From positions 76,803 to 140,802 of the forward strand of contig CDMY01000271.1 of NCBI GenBank assembly GCA_001179505.1: a stretch of DNA of 64,000 nucleotides, written 5' to 3'. Position numbers and translations under genes: made by a program. Shown here piece by piece: positions 25,737 to 39,218 of this stretch. The notes beneath the pieces were generated by a model. The model was not told where the DNA came from and searched no databases. It saw nothing but the letters and a program-made list of their open reading frames with translations. The DNA is from Vitrella brassicaformis CCMP3155. Its lineage: Eukaryota > Protista > Chromerida. Each line of letters opens with the position of its first letter. Position 1 is the stretch's first letter.

Positions 25737-27613
25737 CTAGGATGGATCGCCAGGGCCTTCTTTGCCTTCCTCTTCCGTTGACCGGCCTGGCGCCTGGTCG
25801 CCTCCTCCAATTCTGGCTCGTTTGCGCGGATGATGTGGCGGGAAGTCGATGCAGTCGGGCAGAGCTGTGCTGGTGTAGAGGTCCAGGACGACCTCTTTCC
25901 TCTTCGCGTCATAGTACAGGAGGCCCTGGTTGTGATCCTCGAGCTTGTCGAGAAGGAAGGCAATCACATCGTAAAGGAAACGGAGGCACACCTCTGGCTC
26001 CTGAAGCAACAACAAGAAACAAGAGATGGCACATGGATACCTCTCTCAAAGAAGACAGACATGGTTTCCTGTACCCATAGCGGTGTCCTTTTGTTGCTGT
26101 TGACTATCACGGGGATCTGAAGAGTGCTGCACAGCAAAGAAACATGGTGACACTCGCACAATGGTGGTTGTTGTGTCTTGCAGTGCAGGGGTACTCGAAG
26201 GTCTCGACAGCTTGGAGAGTGCCTCTGTCGTCTCGGAAGCCACCTGTGTCAGTAACAGGGAGAAAGAGAGAGAGACGAGGAGAGCACCAGACAGACAGAC
26301 AGACAGACAGGGCGGGAGGGTGTTGTTTGGGTCGATATGATGATAGCTCAGATAGGCGTCATCGCCACACTGCTCTGATCTCACGCCCACATAGGATCTT
26401 GGGCACGCCGGGCATGTATGACTGAATCCAATACTTGAGCAGCTTCCGTTCGAAGTTTTGTCTGGCCCGTCCATTGTCGATTCGTGGAGTGACCTTGAGC
26501 TCAACATACTCACCCTTATCTGAGCTCAGCACACAAACACCTTTATGGCGGTGGCACGCTGGTATGGTTGTCTTTCCTTGTTTGCGCAGCTGACTGACCA
26601 TCGATACAGTCGATTTCTGATGAGAAGAGTATGTTGTAAGCACCAATGCGCCTGTCATCATCGTACTCGGCAAGTGCTGACGAAACAAGTGTGTTGTAGT
26701 TCTGCAATGGTGACAGAAAGGAAAGCTCAGCTGGTGGCAAGCAGCGCGTTTCCCGTTTGTGAGGTCACCTCTTTGCCGCCACATGGCTTCGACAGATCTC
26801 CCCCAGTCACGCAATGCTCAAACTGACCACACAGCAACATATCCACCTACGAAGTCAGTCGGTCCATGCTGCAGCTCACCCTGTGTCCCCTGTAGTTGAT
26901 TTCGTGCGGGATTGGGTTCTTCTCCGTCTCCTCGTTGATGCGGACATCCATGATGAGGCAACCGTGACGCCTGACCATCAAACGCGACAGAGCAATAGCC
27001 CCGATATGCCTCTTTGCAGGTATCTCGGCTGTCTACCTGTAGACGGCGAGTATCCACGGAAACCGGTCATTGTATGGCGTGCCCATTATTTTGTTGATAT
27101 TGTTCCTGTATGTTATCAGGTGGCTGTCGTACACGTCGCCGTCCTCGCAGAAGTGCGCATGCATGGCGAAAATGTGCTCGAGCGGAGCACCGGGGATGGG
27201 CTGGAAGGGATCAGGCGCTGGCTTCTTGGCGGCCTCTTGTCGCTGAATCCACTCATCGAGAAAGGCATTCAGGTCACACGGCAGCTGGGGAATGCACAGC
27301 TTGGCCTGCAGAAGAACGAGAGAGATGCAATGGGGTCACATCACAGACAAGCTGCTGAGATCAGATCTTGTTCATCTCGCACCAGACAGGATTTGTTCAT
27401 GCGGCAAACGCCTCCCTCAGCCTCTGACGAGCTGTAGCCAATCTCGCGCTGCAAACGAGTCCACAGATCCACCCCTCACCCCTGCTTGTTTTTGTTGCTT
27501 TTGCTTACTGGTCGTTCGTAGTCGATGTTGGTTTGCCGCCTTTGCAGCTCCCTCAAATCCACACGCATCGAATGGCTCGAGAGAGGCTTGCGCGTATCTT
27601 CAGTCGACGCCAT
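25737..27613 (-). CDS. DXO: DXO/Rai1/Dom3Z family decapping exoribonuclease
   Basis: Spliced exons give MASTEDTRK..YERP|REIGYSS, HLITYRNNINKIMGTPYN, NILFSSEIDCID, EYVELKVT, KLLKYWIQSYMPGVPKILCG and CLRFLYDVIAFL. The RAI1 motifs (R, ExD, ELK, WxQS) are present. Confidence 0.92.
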
Positions 27614-27684
27614 TTCGCAGCAGCGATTGGGAGCACCCTAGCGATACCGTGAAACCAAAGGAGAGGGATTCGCTAAAAGAACCG

Positions 27685-30600
27685 ATGGAAGACACAGCAG
27701 AATCAACTGAAGACAAGCACGTAGAGAACAAAGAGCATGCATGTGTGCTTACTTGTCACCTGATGCGTGTGTTTCTCCGATTGTCCTTCTTTGATTGAAT
27801 CTCAGACAATGAGGGCTCCACCTGGCGCCGTGCTGCAACCCATTGCCGTTGAATCATGGCTCGCGTGGCAGAAGGAGGCTTTACAACCGCTGTCTCGGGG
27901 ACAGGCAAGATGCAGCGGCCCTCCTCCGTCTTCTTCCCCCTCGAGGACGACACGAATACTGCAGAATGCATGGCAGAACCGGCAAGGAGTACGGCCGTTC
28001 ATCAAGGATCCCTATGAACAAACAATGCCCACAGACCTCACGCCCATTGGCCCTCGCCTGCCGTCGATTGGCGGTGCAATCAACCGCATGGATCCGCGCA
28101 TCGAGCCTCCCCATCTGCACCTCAGCGATGGAGGAGTAAGGCTTCACCAGGAGCTCAACAAGAGCAGAGAAGGAGGGACGCGAATGGTCGGTATCGGCCC
28201 GCTCGAGGCGTCTACTCCTGTCGATATGTACGAGAAACAGGTTGCGAGGAGTGGTGTGGACTTGGAGGCCAGCGCACGGGCGGCGCAGGGAGGTGTCACG
28301 GTCAATACAGAAAAAGGGCTGGACGAGCTGACGAGCAAGACAGATGGAGTGGGCGGCTTCGTCCAGTCTGTACCACTCAATGGTAGGCAACTAGTAGTAG
28401 GGCAGGTCAGTAATCTGATGCTGTATACGTGGACATTCAGTCCTGTCGAGAACTCCACCAGCAGCCAACCTCGTCAAGGTCAGCAGGACTGAAGGAGATC
28501 CAAGGAAGACGTATTTATTCATCCATGCATACTGACATGGATGGCATTTGCCCAGCTGCATCACTACCTCCACGTGGAGGCCCCTCGGCAGACGGAGTGG
28601 GCAGCCAAGATTGTCTTCAAAGAGGACCAGCCACCCCGACCGCCACCGATTCGAGTTCAGACCCGGCCCGCCCCGGAAGAACTCACTCCTCCTTCCCCAT
28701 TCCAATACAGTGACGGCTCGGCGATTGACTATCATCGGGACTTCACACGCAAGATGGTTAGCGGAGGCCTGTCTTGTACAGAGCGCGGCGACGTGTCTCA
28801 CCTTCTCTTGCACTGCTCGTCAGATGGCGTGGCAACGTGCTGTGCTGGATCGTAATGCGACGAGAATTCAGCGAGCATGGCGGCAAAGGGGAGGGAAGAA
28901 GCTGTCGTTTTGGCGGGGGAAGCCGATGGAGCGACTGTCGGCCAAGGCCAATCGATTCATGGAGTAAGCATAAGAAACAGGGAAACGACTCAGCCAAAGT
29001 ATGCTCCGGCCTGTAATCAATTTGCAGCGGATGGAAGACAGCTCAGAAGACAGCTAAGGTAGCTTCGCAATCCATGCTTTTCCCGTGCCCCATGTGCGCT
29101 TGTGTGCTTCTCTTCTCGTCTCAGGAACGGAATGAGGAGGAGCAGCTCAGGGTACAAGAAAGAGCTGCCACTCTGTTCAAGTAAGGTCTTTACGGCACAA
29201 AGAGCACATGTGGTACAGACGTGTGCTCATGTCGATCTTTCAGAGACTGGATACCTTCAGAAGAGAAACCGCCTGTCGAGGCTCTCCTTCGTCCCGCCAC
29301 TGCCCCGGTGGCACCGTCGGCTGTAGAGGGCCTTCTTGGAGAGCCTTCGCCTCCTCCTGCCGCCATTGCTGACTTGATCTCCGGTCGGCCGTCAGCGGCT
29401 CCCTCTGCGCCTCCTTCTGCTTCCCGTGCCCCTCAGGGTCTCCTTCCTGAGACGCCATCGGCAGTACAGGGTTTGGTCAGTCCGCCAAGTGCAATCGAAG
29501 GGCTGGTGTCAGAACAGCAGCCTCCGCCGACATTGGCTGGACTCGTCGACGAAGAGAGACCTGCAATTGCCGGCCTGTTGCCAGAGTATGGCGAGGCCCC
29601 AAGTGCGCTGGCGGGTTTGGTGCCCTCTGCGGTGTCGACGAGCCCCAGGGAAGAGAGGCGACGTGTGAGTGAGGAGACACTGCAACAGATGAGTGTATTG
29701 CTGAGAAGAGCCGAAGAGAGACGCCGCAAGCAAAGGACAGAGGAGCAGCATGATCGAGCCAGGTAAGAAATCTTCATGCAGATCGGCTGATGTGCCTCAC
29801 GGATGCGGCTGATGTGTGTTCCAGCTCTATTCGTGAGCAGTTTCGGACGGTGAGGCCTGTGGCGTTCCATCAGATGCGCATGCGCGAGGAGCTTCATCGC
29901 ACAGAGGATCGCAGACGCAAATCGATAAGGCAAAAAAGCGCAAAGAAGGCAAAGGTGGAGGGAAAAGCACGGAGACGAAGCTTGCTGTAAGCCCATTGTG
30001 ACAATTCATCAACAGATCACTGTGCCGTGTCTATGCATCAGAGAAGGGCTGCTCGGTCCGACTCAGCTGGCGGACTTCTTTGCACCCCCCACGAGGACGA
30101 CCCCAGTGACACCAGCAATGATCCCGCCCCCTGCTGCCGTGTCTGAGGAAGAGGGGCTGCAGAGACAAACTGCAGCCAGAGACATACAACGAGCATTCCG
30201 GTCAGCTGTATGAATGGCACAGATGTCTTCATTAATGTTTGATGGTGGATTTCTTGCACATATCAGAGGTAGTCTAGTCAGGCAAGAAACAAGCGCTCGG
30301 AAGGCTCGACTTGCTCACGAGGTACTCTTTGGCTTCGAAGTAAAACTCGGCCATCTACTTGTTTGCCTCGTCCAGCAACTTGAATGGGGAGAAGCTGCTC
30401 TGTACATCCAGCGGCACTTCCGTGGCATGAGAGGCCGCAAAATGGCCGCAACCAGGCGCAAGGAGGTGAGCTGGAGCGCGCTGCGCTGATCATTTTTCAT
30501 GTAATTCCTCCATGCGTTATCAGGAGCAGGAGCGCCAGGCAGCGCTGTGTATTCAGCGGCTATTTCGTGGCCGCAAGGGAAAGACCATTGCTACCAAAAT

Positions 30601-33493
30601 CAGGCATGACGTAAGTGCCTGGTTGTCTGCGGTGATTGTCTTGCTGACGTCTCTTCTTTGTACGTCTGCTGTCAGCGCCTCAAGCATGATTCAGCTGTGC
30701 GGATACAGCGGCTCTTCCGAGGCAGGAAGGCGAGAGAGAGAGCCGACCAAATGCGATCCCAGGTAACAGAGACATCACCAATCCAAGCGGCCTATTTGGA
30801 GCATGTGTTGGATGTCAGGAGCTAGCGTCGGGCCATTTGTCCTTCCTCTCCATGGACCGAATCCTCGAGAATCTTCAGGTACGACTGCCTGCCAATCCGT
30901 CGCCGCGCTTCAATTTAGCCCTGCCTCCCTCTGTACATGTCTCAGCGTCGATTAGAGACAGTGGCGGAGAACGAGCGACAAGTCATGGGCAAGGCACCTC
31001 CCTCGGTGTCTGCACCCCCGACCCGTCGACCGACGCCCATTCGTCGCCCGCCATTCGCAACTACTCTCCCAGAGGAGGTGCTTGAACGACGCCCACCGGA
31101 GAGGCCAGCGATTCATCGTCCGCTGGAAGGGACAGTGCAGCCACAGTCGGCTGTCGTGGCTGAGGTGCACACGCTCACCAATGAGATATTGGAGCTACTC
31201 GGGCAACCGCCGACTGAGTTGCCTTCCTATCAGCCCCAACCACCACAAGAAGAGGAGAAAAGTGACGGGGAGCTTCAGGTCGCTGAGGAGCGTGAGAGCG
31301 TCAAGGAAGAGGCCGCGGAGCGAGAAGATGAAGAGCGTCTCGAGCTCGAGCCAGCGAATCGTGCCTCAGACAAGCCATCTCGAAGAACAACGCTGATGTC
31401 AAAGGTCGCTTTTGCCACGCTTGCCTTCATGCGGCCACCACCTGAGAAGAAGGGCAAAAAGAAGAGAGCTCCGATGCCAATGCCCGCGATCACCAAGAAG
31501 GGCCAGAGGAGGGACTCGAAAGAAAGAGACGTCTCGCCAGTGCATGTGAGGTTGATGAGACGCCAGCTGGAACGCGTGGAGCGTGAGCGTGTGTTCCAGC
31601 GGAGACGCGACATGCTGAAGTGGAGGAGGCAACAGCGAAGAGACAAACGATGATACATGAGCCGCCGACCATGACAGTGCCACCTGCGATACAAACCCTC
31701 GAGCGTGAAGAGGCTCCCAGCTCATCTGACATCGATGCTGATCACGGCGGCAGGATTGAGACCGTCACGATGGCGCAGCGCATCATGAAGTAAGGTCACC
31801 AAATCGTTCTGCCTCTATGTCCCTCTGTTTGTCCAGTCTATTCACTGTTCAAGCCACTGCTCCAGACGAGCACAGGCAACGATCCATCGCCACACCAGGC
31901 AACGATGTCCAGAAGTTGATGCGGTCCGTCAAGGCCTTCCAGACCGCCAAAGCTATGGCCTATCAAGCTGCCAAGGGGGATGGCGGCAAGGGCAAGGAAC
32001 CGCCACCAGAAGGAGGCAAGGCAGCCGAAGCTCAGCCATCCGCAGCAGCCAAGGCTGCATCCAAGCTCAAGAGGGTGACTGTGGCAGCTGCGGCTCGAGC
32101 CGCAGGCCCAGCAAGCAGTGGCAGATGGGGCTCTGAGGCCGAGTCGTCCGCCCCGTCGGCCGAGTCCTCTTCGTCCTCATCTGAGGTCGACGCCAAGCAG
32201 TTCAGCAGACTCAGGGCCTTGACGACGGCTCAACGATTCGCAAGGTAGTACAGAATGTAGACAAGAGCTGGGCTGAGACGAGAAGTGGGAAATGACCTAT
32301 TTTGTGAGCAGTCTCTTGAGCGTCCAAGCGACAGCCATCGATGACGAAACCCGCCGTCGGACAGTAGGAACGGCGGGGAGAGACGTGCAACGAATGATGC
32401 GAGGAGTGAGGGCCTTCAAGAGCGCTGCCAGTGACAAGGAAGCCAAGTCAGAGAAGAAGCTCGTGGCGTTCAGCAAGGAGGAAGGCACCGAGGCAACGAA
32501 AGAAGGCAGGGCGGCATCGATGCTCAAGAAAGCGATCTCCAAGACGAGCGGCGAGGAGAGCGCCGTCTCAGCCAGCTCTGCAGCGGAGACATCGGAGAGC
32601 AGCGACAGTCAAGAAGCCGACGCTGGCAAAGTCGAGACGCAAAAAGACATGTCTCCTACGGAGCGTCTTGGCAGGTCAGCGAGAGTGTGGAGAAGCGCTT
32701 GAGCTTTGCCCATGGTCACGCCTGGTTTGTCTCTACAGACTGTACAGTGTCCACGCTTCTGCAATCTCTCAAGAAGGACGGACTTTCAGTCAGGCAGGGA
32801 CCGACGTGCAGAGGCTGCTTCGAGGTGCTGCAGCGTTCAGAGCTGCAGGAAAGAGACGAGCCACCGCACCGTCTGCCCCTCCGCAAGCTGACGAGGACCA
32901 GTCGCGAGAAGCTGCTTCAGCCAAGGCTTCGTCAGCTTTTCCAAAGAAGGGCTTGCCACAAGGCATTGCATCGAGGCTGAGATTGAAGGCGAAGAGTGCG
33001 GCACAGAGCGGTAAAGAAGGTGGCGAGATATCGGAGGTCGCAAGCAGCTCAAGCTCGTCTGAAGTCAAGGCCGAGGACTTCGAAAAGCAGGAAGGCGTGA
33101 CGACCACCGAGAGAATGGCCGAGTAAAAGAATGAACATACACCGCAGACAATGCGCATTCTTTTACTCGGCCAATTCTTTTACTCGGTGTGCGTGTCTTT
33201 TTATTCCCTGCAGCCTACTGAGAGCCCAAGCTGGAGGTCAGTACAGGTTGCGATGTCTGCATTGGTTTCTTCTTCATGTATCCTGTGGATGCTTAGCAAT
33301 CGCGGAAGAGCGAGGCAGAAGCATGAGCACGGCAGGCCGCGACGTGCAGCGAATGCTGCGAGCGGTAAGTGCCTTTCGCATGAGTTCTCCAACCCCTCCT
33401 CAGCCTTCTCGTGGCGGCGAAGGGGAAGCAGAGCAACGAGAGGGAGGCAGAAGACGCGGAGGTTCGTCGTCAGCTCAGCGATTCATCAGGTGA
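27685..33493 (+). CDS. Large low-complexity protein with multiple IQ calmodulin-binding motifs and repeated C-terminal exons
   Basis: IQ motifs ATRIQRAWRQ, ARDIQRAFRS, ALYIQRHFRGMRGRK, ALCIQRLFRGRKGK and AVRIQRLFRGRKAR lie in successive exons. Start and stop are approximate, and the region could be more than one gene. Confidence 0.65.
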
Positions 33494-34127
33494 AACCGTA
33501 CCAATCGATTCACACAGCGAGGCATCTGTTCGTACCATATTCGTTCGACACATAATTTTCCATGCAGTATGTATCGAGCCGAGCGCAAGAGTGAATGACA
33601 GGTGTGTATGTATGTATTCCTTCCAATGCTTCTCTCTTTTTTCCCGTGCCGTTCATGTCCCGTGTCTCCCTCACAATGTTCATCAATTATGAGTCGGGAA
33701 CGAATTCTTTGCCTGGTGGCACAGGCTGGTGCGATTGCGTTTGAGGCGTCACACTGTGGCTGTAGAGATGGGATTTGGTTCTGTGCGGGATGGTCGGTCA
33801 TTGTGTTCAAGTGTTACGAGACTTGTGTAACCCCAAAGGGCCTATCGATATTGCGCACAAACGTGGCAGGACGGGGACAAAAAAAAACGGAAAGGGAGAA
33901 AGAAGAAAAAGGGAGAGAGAGAGAGAAAAAAAAGAGAGAAGGCTGACGTCCCAGACCCAAAACTTAAGTTTCACGCGGGTGTCACGTCTCAAACACTGGA
34001 AAACTCTCTCCACTCTGAAAACTCTCTCCACACTCTTGGCGCACGGAGAGGATGAAGGATGACTGGCCTACACTGTTTGCGAGACTTCCGTGTCAGCCGT
34101 ACCAACCACCCGCACCAGACGACAAGC

Positions 34128-35041
34128 ATGGCTACCATGATGGTGCTGTCGGGCTATCTTGTCATTCTCTTGATCATCATCCCTTCATGTTCCGCTTCTG
34201 CTTCGCTGGAGTCGCTGCGCCTGAGATCAGGTAGGCTCTACACGGCTCAGTGCATGACGGGGCAATGATCCGTGCTGTCTTTGGATGCAGGAGGCTCCCT
34301 TGCCCTTCAGCTTGGCACGGCCAACGAGACTGACGCGGCGAACGCGACGGAGGGCCTCCACCAAGGTGAGCAGACGCACCTTACACATTGATTCACTCGA
34401 CACTTCGTTTGCCTTCTGTTGTCTTGGCTGCAGCGCACAAGGGTGCCGATCTTCAGGCTAAGACACACGGCGGTCAATCGGTACAGCAGTGCCCGGGCAT
34501 GAGTCCCGCTGTCGTCGCGCAGCCAGCCTGTCATTTCGCCCATGCACAGTGTGGCCGGGGAGCTGTTGATCCGTCCGTCCCTTCAGTGACGCAGGGAAGC
34601 CTCAACTGCGTAACTGCTCAAGCCTTCTGGGGGCTTAGCGCGTGCCTGACCGATGGCGAATGTGGTGTCCGATGCGTCAGCCATGCCCACCTCTACATCC
34701 AGGTACGTGAGCACAGCTCTTTCCTTTGCCTTCACACACACAGAGACGTCGATCTTGTGTTGCGTGTGCTGTTTGCTTTAGTTCTGCGGGAGGGACCACA
34801 ACGGTGACCACGGTCACTGCACATCCGTCCAATTCTACGAAGCATTCCGGGAAGGACTGGAGATGCAGTGTGGAGCACGCATACCCCACCGTCAACTTGG
34901 TAGGCCCAGGCAGTGCCCCCACGAGAGAGGTGTACGACAGCACTTCATGCCTGTATGGCTCGTTTTGTTCCTTCAGCGAATTGGCGCCCAACAGCCCCGC
35001 CGGCGCCCCGTTCTGGCCACGTCCCAAGTCTCGGCCTGTAG
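34128..35041 (+). CDS. Small secreted cysteine-rich protein
   Basis: Signal peptide MATMMVLSGYLVILLIIIPSCSASA. Spliced exons give QCPGMSPAVVAQPACHFAHAQCGRG..LNCVTAQAFWGLSACLTDGECGVRCVSHAHLYIQ|FCGRDHNGDHGHCTSVQFYEAFREGLEMQCG (about 10 Cys). Confidence 0.6.
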
Positions 35042-37099
35042 AGAACTATGAAGCCTTCAACTTGGCTGCCCTCGACGCCCTTGTGACCACTTCGTGCCCA
35101 TACATACAAATGCATGCAGTAGCTTTGTCAATGTGGACCCAGTGTAGTCTCTGGGTCGCCGAGGGATGATTGACTGACTTGACGATTGAACTGTAGATAG
35201 CTTGACGATTGAGCTGTAGATAGCTTTGTTTTGTGAGAGAGAGTGCCTGTCATGGGACTGTGCTTTTGGTCAACGAACGGTTGTCGATAACTTGAGCGAA
35301 GAATGGAGACTCGATGGTGTGTGTGTGTTGCCTCGATGGGCACAGCCCAGGCCAACATGACGTGTGACTGAAGAAATTAATCAATGGGAGTCCAACCAAT
35401 ATCGCATGCAGGCAACGACGTGAACGAACGCACAGAAAACACACACACGTGCATTCAGAGGAGGGAGTCAGGCGTGCATGCGTATGCATATCCGCCGTTC
35501 GAACACGAATATTGAGTTCGGCAAAAAAGTGCAAAGTGAGGCTACGCTGCCCCGAGACAAACGGAGAGAGACCCGTTCGCACTGAGAGTGAGGAAAGCAA
35601 TGCGAAAGGACAGGTGCAGCCCCCATGGTCGTGTGTATCATCCTGCCTTACAGAGGCGTATCGCATCGTCTGCAGCACCCACCTCTCTCGATTGGTCGTG
35701 TCCGCCGTCTGTGTGCCCGGCTGGCTGATTGTGTGATGTCTGTCCTTCCTGGACGAACTCGGGTGGGAATATGAGATGAGATGTGTAGAGGAAGGGACAA
35801 ACAATCCGTGAGACACGCAGTGACGCACACGAAGGGGCGACAGCAAGAAACGAACCCCTCATCAGGGCGCAAAAATCCCATCGAAAGAAAGACCCGTATG
35901 CGGGGCGCGTCCTTGAAACCAATATGACACGCCCTCTGGCTCACGAAAGATAGAGAAAGTGCCACACACACAACCCCGTGTACAAATACGACCCTCCTCT
36001 TCGCGCAGACAGACACACAGACAGACAGACGACAGACACACAGATATATAGGCAGGCACAGGCAGGCAGGCAGGCAGGCACTCACTAAAATTTCGCGCAT
36101 TCTCATGTTGTCTGTTTGTTTTTCGCGCGTGCGATGTCAGTAGACGAATGGACGGCACGCACGTGTATTGAGGGGGCGGGGGGAGGGGAGGGGAGGGGAG
36201 GGGCAGCGTGGGGTGAAGATGGGTGTCGCTCAAGGGAGTTCGCTCACTGCTCAATCAAAAGATGATGAGAGATAGTAGCTGAGGTCAGTTAGGTGCCATG
36301 TTCCATGCATTTCTGATGCATGCATGCATTCATCCGTCCGTCTGTCTATCCATCCGTGTACACATCACATCCTCCCTGCCTCCCTCCAATCCACATGTGT
36401 ATAGGTTACACACACACACGGCCGGCCACCCCCCCACCCCATCCAATCCACCCACTTCGCGTATGCATTACGGGCGTACTGACTGAGGAGATAGAAAAAC
36501 AGCCAATGACAGACACGGGAGGGAGGGGGACCGACGGACTGCAAAAACGCGACCCTCCACACAACAGATCGGTACGTCTGCGCAAAATACATACGAGCAT
36601 GGTGCTACATAGGATCTCTCTCTCCCTCTCTCTCTCTCTGCATGCAGGCACATCACATGTACATGCGATATAGACGGCGGGCGAGCACGCACGTGGCCGG
36701 TCCAACCCTAGGAGCTGGTGAGCCGAGGCGCGCGAGCTCACTTTCATTCATTCTCGCGCTGAATGAATGCAGAGCACGCAAACGAGGAAGAAATGATCAC
36801 ATGCATACCAACATACGCACGAGCAAGACATACACACATACACACATACACACAGACATGAACAGCCACGCACACAAGGCAGGCATGAAAGCGGGAAGGG
36901 CATGCAGCAGCCAGCCAGTCAGTCAGACAGACAGACGGTAAGCATCCAGCCAACATACATCCATACCATGCACCCACCCGAGCAAGAATGACCATGTCAT
37001 GACCATCAATCACCATACATACAGACGAGACAAAACTCCCCTTGATTGCTCCTTTCTCTCTTTCCCGCCCGGGGTGAGCAGAGCATGCACCTCTCCTCC

Positions 37100-39066
37100 C
37101 TACGCAGCCTCTGTCTGCTGTGTCTGCTGTGTCTGCTGCTGCTGCTGCCTGTTGGTGGCCGACTTGAGCATGCCGACCACCTTGTCGCGTGTGGCGTTGA
37201 GGAGCGGGGTGGCATGCTCCCGCACCCGCACCGACAGGCCCTCCAGGTTGCCCTTGAGGTTCTCAATGGACGTGTTGGTGTACTCCTTGACGGGCACCGG
37301 AATCTGCAGGTACCCCATGTACACCGCAGCACCGATGCCGCCCGCGAGCACGAGCAGTGCCAGGATGGTGATGAGGATGGTGCGGCAGAGGGTGGATCGG
37401 CGAGGGGGCTGTGGCGCGCCCAGCAGAGGGCCGCTGGGATCCTCCTCCGTCATGCGCGGGGCCTCGGACGCCTCGGCTATCGTCGGCACCTCAGTGCGGA
37501 TCGATCGGTCGGTCATCATCGACTGACAAATATATAAACCAAGACACACAATCACCATCCGCCCCAGGTGTTGTGCCTCTGTCTGTCTGTGGTCTTCTGT
37601 CTGACCTTTTCCTGGGTCTCCTCTTGTGTGGTGTCCGTGGTGAGTGTGGCCCCGGTGGTCTCTCCGCCCTTGCTTCGCTCGACGGTCTTGCCCATGTCCT
37701 CGGTGCTCGCCGAAGCAGCAGGGGGCAGCTCCGCCTTGATCAACGGCCGGTGCTCCGCGTCAGGCTCGTCGCTGTCCTCACTCTTGCTCGGTGAATCCTG
37801 TAAGTAAGCAAACAGACACCAAAGACACCCATCCCATGAGAGAGGTTGTGGGTGCCAATCCTGTTAACTAGCCTTACTCCCCTCACCTGTCCGGGTGGCA
37901 TGTCGGCCCTCTGCTGGTACTGCACGCTCGATGGCGAGGCCGTTGCGGTGGCGGTGGCCCTCTCCACGTCCACAGTGGCATCGACGTCATCTGGCGGCTG
38001 AGAGGGTTCTGGCTCCTCCTCGTTGACGACCAGCTGCGGCTCGCTGGATGACTGTGCGGGGGGCTGGGCGGGGGGAGGCGCCGCCGACGCAGTGGCTGAC
38101 GGGCTGATCGAGGGATGCATAGATGGGATGGACAGGAGGGAGACAAATGTGCACTGCACATGTCTGTGAGTGTAGGGACCTTGGTGTCCGTGCGGTGCGT
38201 ACCCCTCGATGAGCAGTTGTCCCTTTCCGTCGGTGGTGACGTCCCCGAACTTGCCGTCGTTGACCGCGAAGTTGGAGGCCTCGGGCATGATGAACATGCG
38301 GTTGATGGAGAAGTCCTCCCAAGACACCTGGTCGCCAGGCTTCGTAATGACGTACTTGTACTCCTGTTGGTGACAGACAGACACCAGCAAACACACACAC
38401 AGGGTCCCAGTGGCCCACCGTTTGCCGTGTCTGTCTGCGTACGATCTGCATGCCGCTCTTGGACGATCTGAACTCGGTGACTGGCGACGACCACACGGGG
38501 AAGTTGTCCCCGTCTGTCGCCATCAACAACGCGTTGGACACCTGCCAAACAAAGGACACACACGGGCAACACAACACAACGTGGGTGAATGTCCTGGACA
38601 TCCATCGATTGATCTGCGCTGCTCTCTTTCTGTGGCCGGCATCCCTACATCCCAAGATCTGCACACAGACAGACAGGCATACAACCGGGACAGATGGACA
38701 TGACATGAAAACTGCACGTTGCTCTGCTCTGCTCTGCGCCTGGCTCCGCACGCATCTTGCTTACTTACCCCAGCTCGTCGATGTTGCCGACCACCCGCAC
38801 GGATTCACCCTGGGAGAACCAACACAACAACCAAACCAGGCAAACCAGAGCAAGGAAGTGCGCCGAGACCAGACCACCGTGCGGGCAGTCGTCGTTGTGA
38901 GGCGTACCAGCGAGGTGTTGCAGGAGATCTGAACGAAGCAGACACGGCAACACACAGACAAGCACAGCGGGGTCACCGTTGCTCTGTGCCGTTTCCAGCG
39001 GTCTTCACCGATCTCCCTGATGGTAGATCGTGTGGTTCTCACCTTAAATTTTCCGAAGCTCGACAT
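37100..39066 (-). CDS. CBM20 starch-binding domain protein with disordered linker and a C-terminal transmembrane anchor
   Basis: MSSFGKFK|ISCNT..|GESVRVVGNIDELG..|VSNALLMATDGDNFPVWS..|EYKYVITKPGDQVSWEDFSINR is a CBM20 signature. TM segment ILITILALLVLAGGIGAAVYMGYL lies near the C-terminus. Confidence 0.85.
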
Positions 39067-39218
39067 CGTGAGGGGAAGGAAGGACGCAGCGACGCCAAAA
39101 ACTTCCCCTTCTCGCCCGTCCCCTTTGTTGCGAGCTCAAGGTATGCGAGCTAAGCGTAGGTTCGGAGCGTGTTTTCCGGAGATCTGCAGGCCTGTGCGGC
39201 CACGTTGTCGTAGAAGCG

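Noticed and set aside
35170-36990. Many short ORFs in the long intergenic region, plus small tandem repeats (e.g. a 22-bp duplication near 35176)
   Set aside because: Dominated by CA/GACA/CATC/GGCA microsatellites with no coherent exon chain
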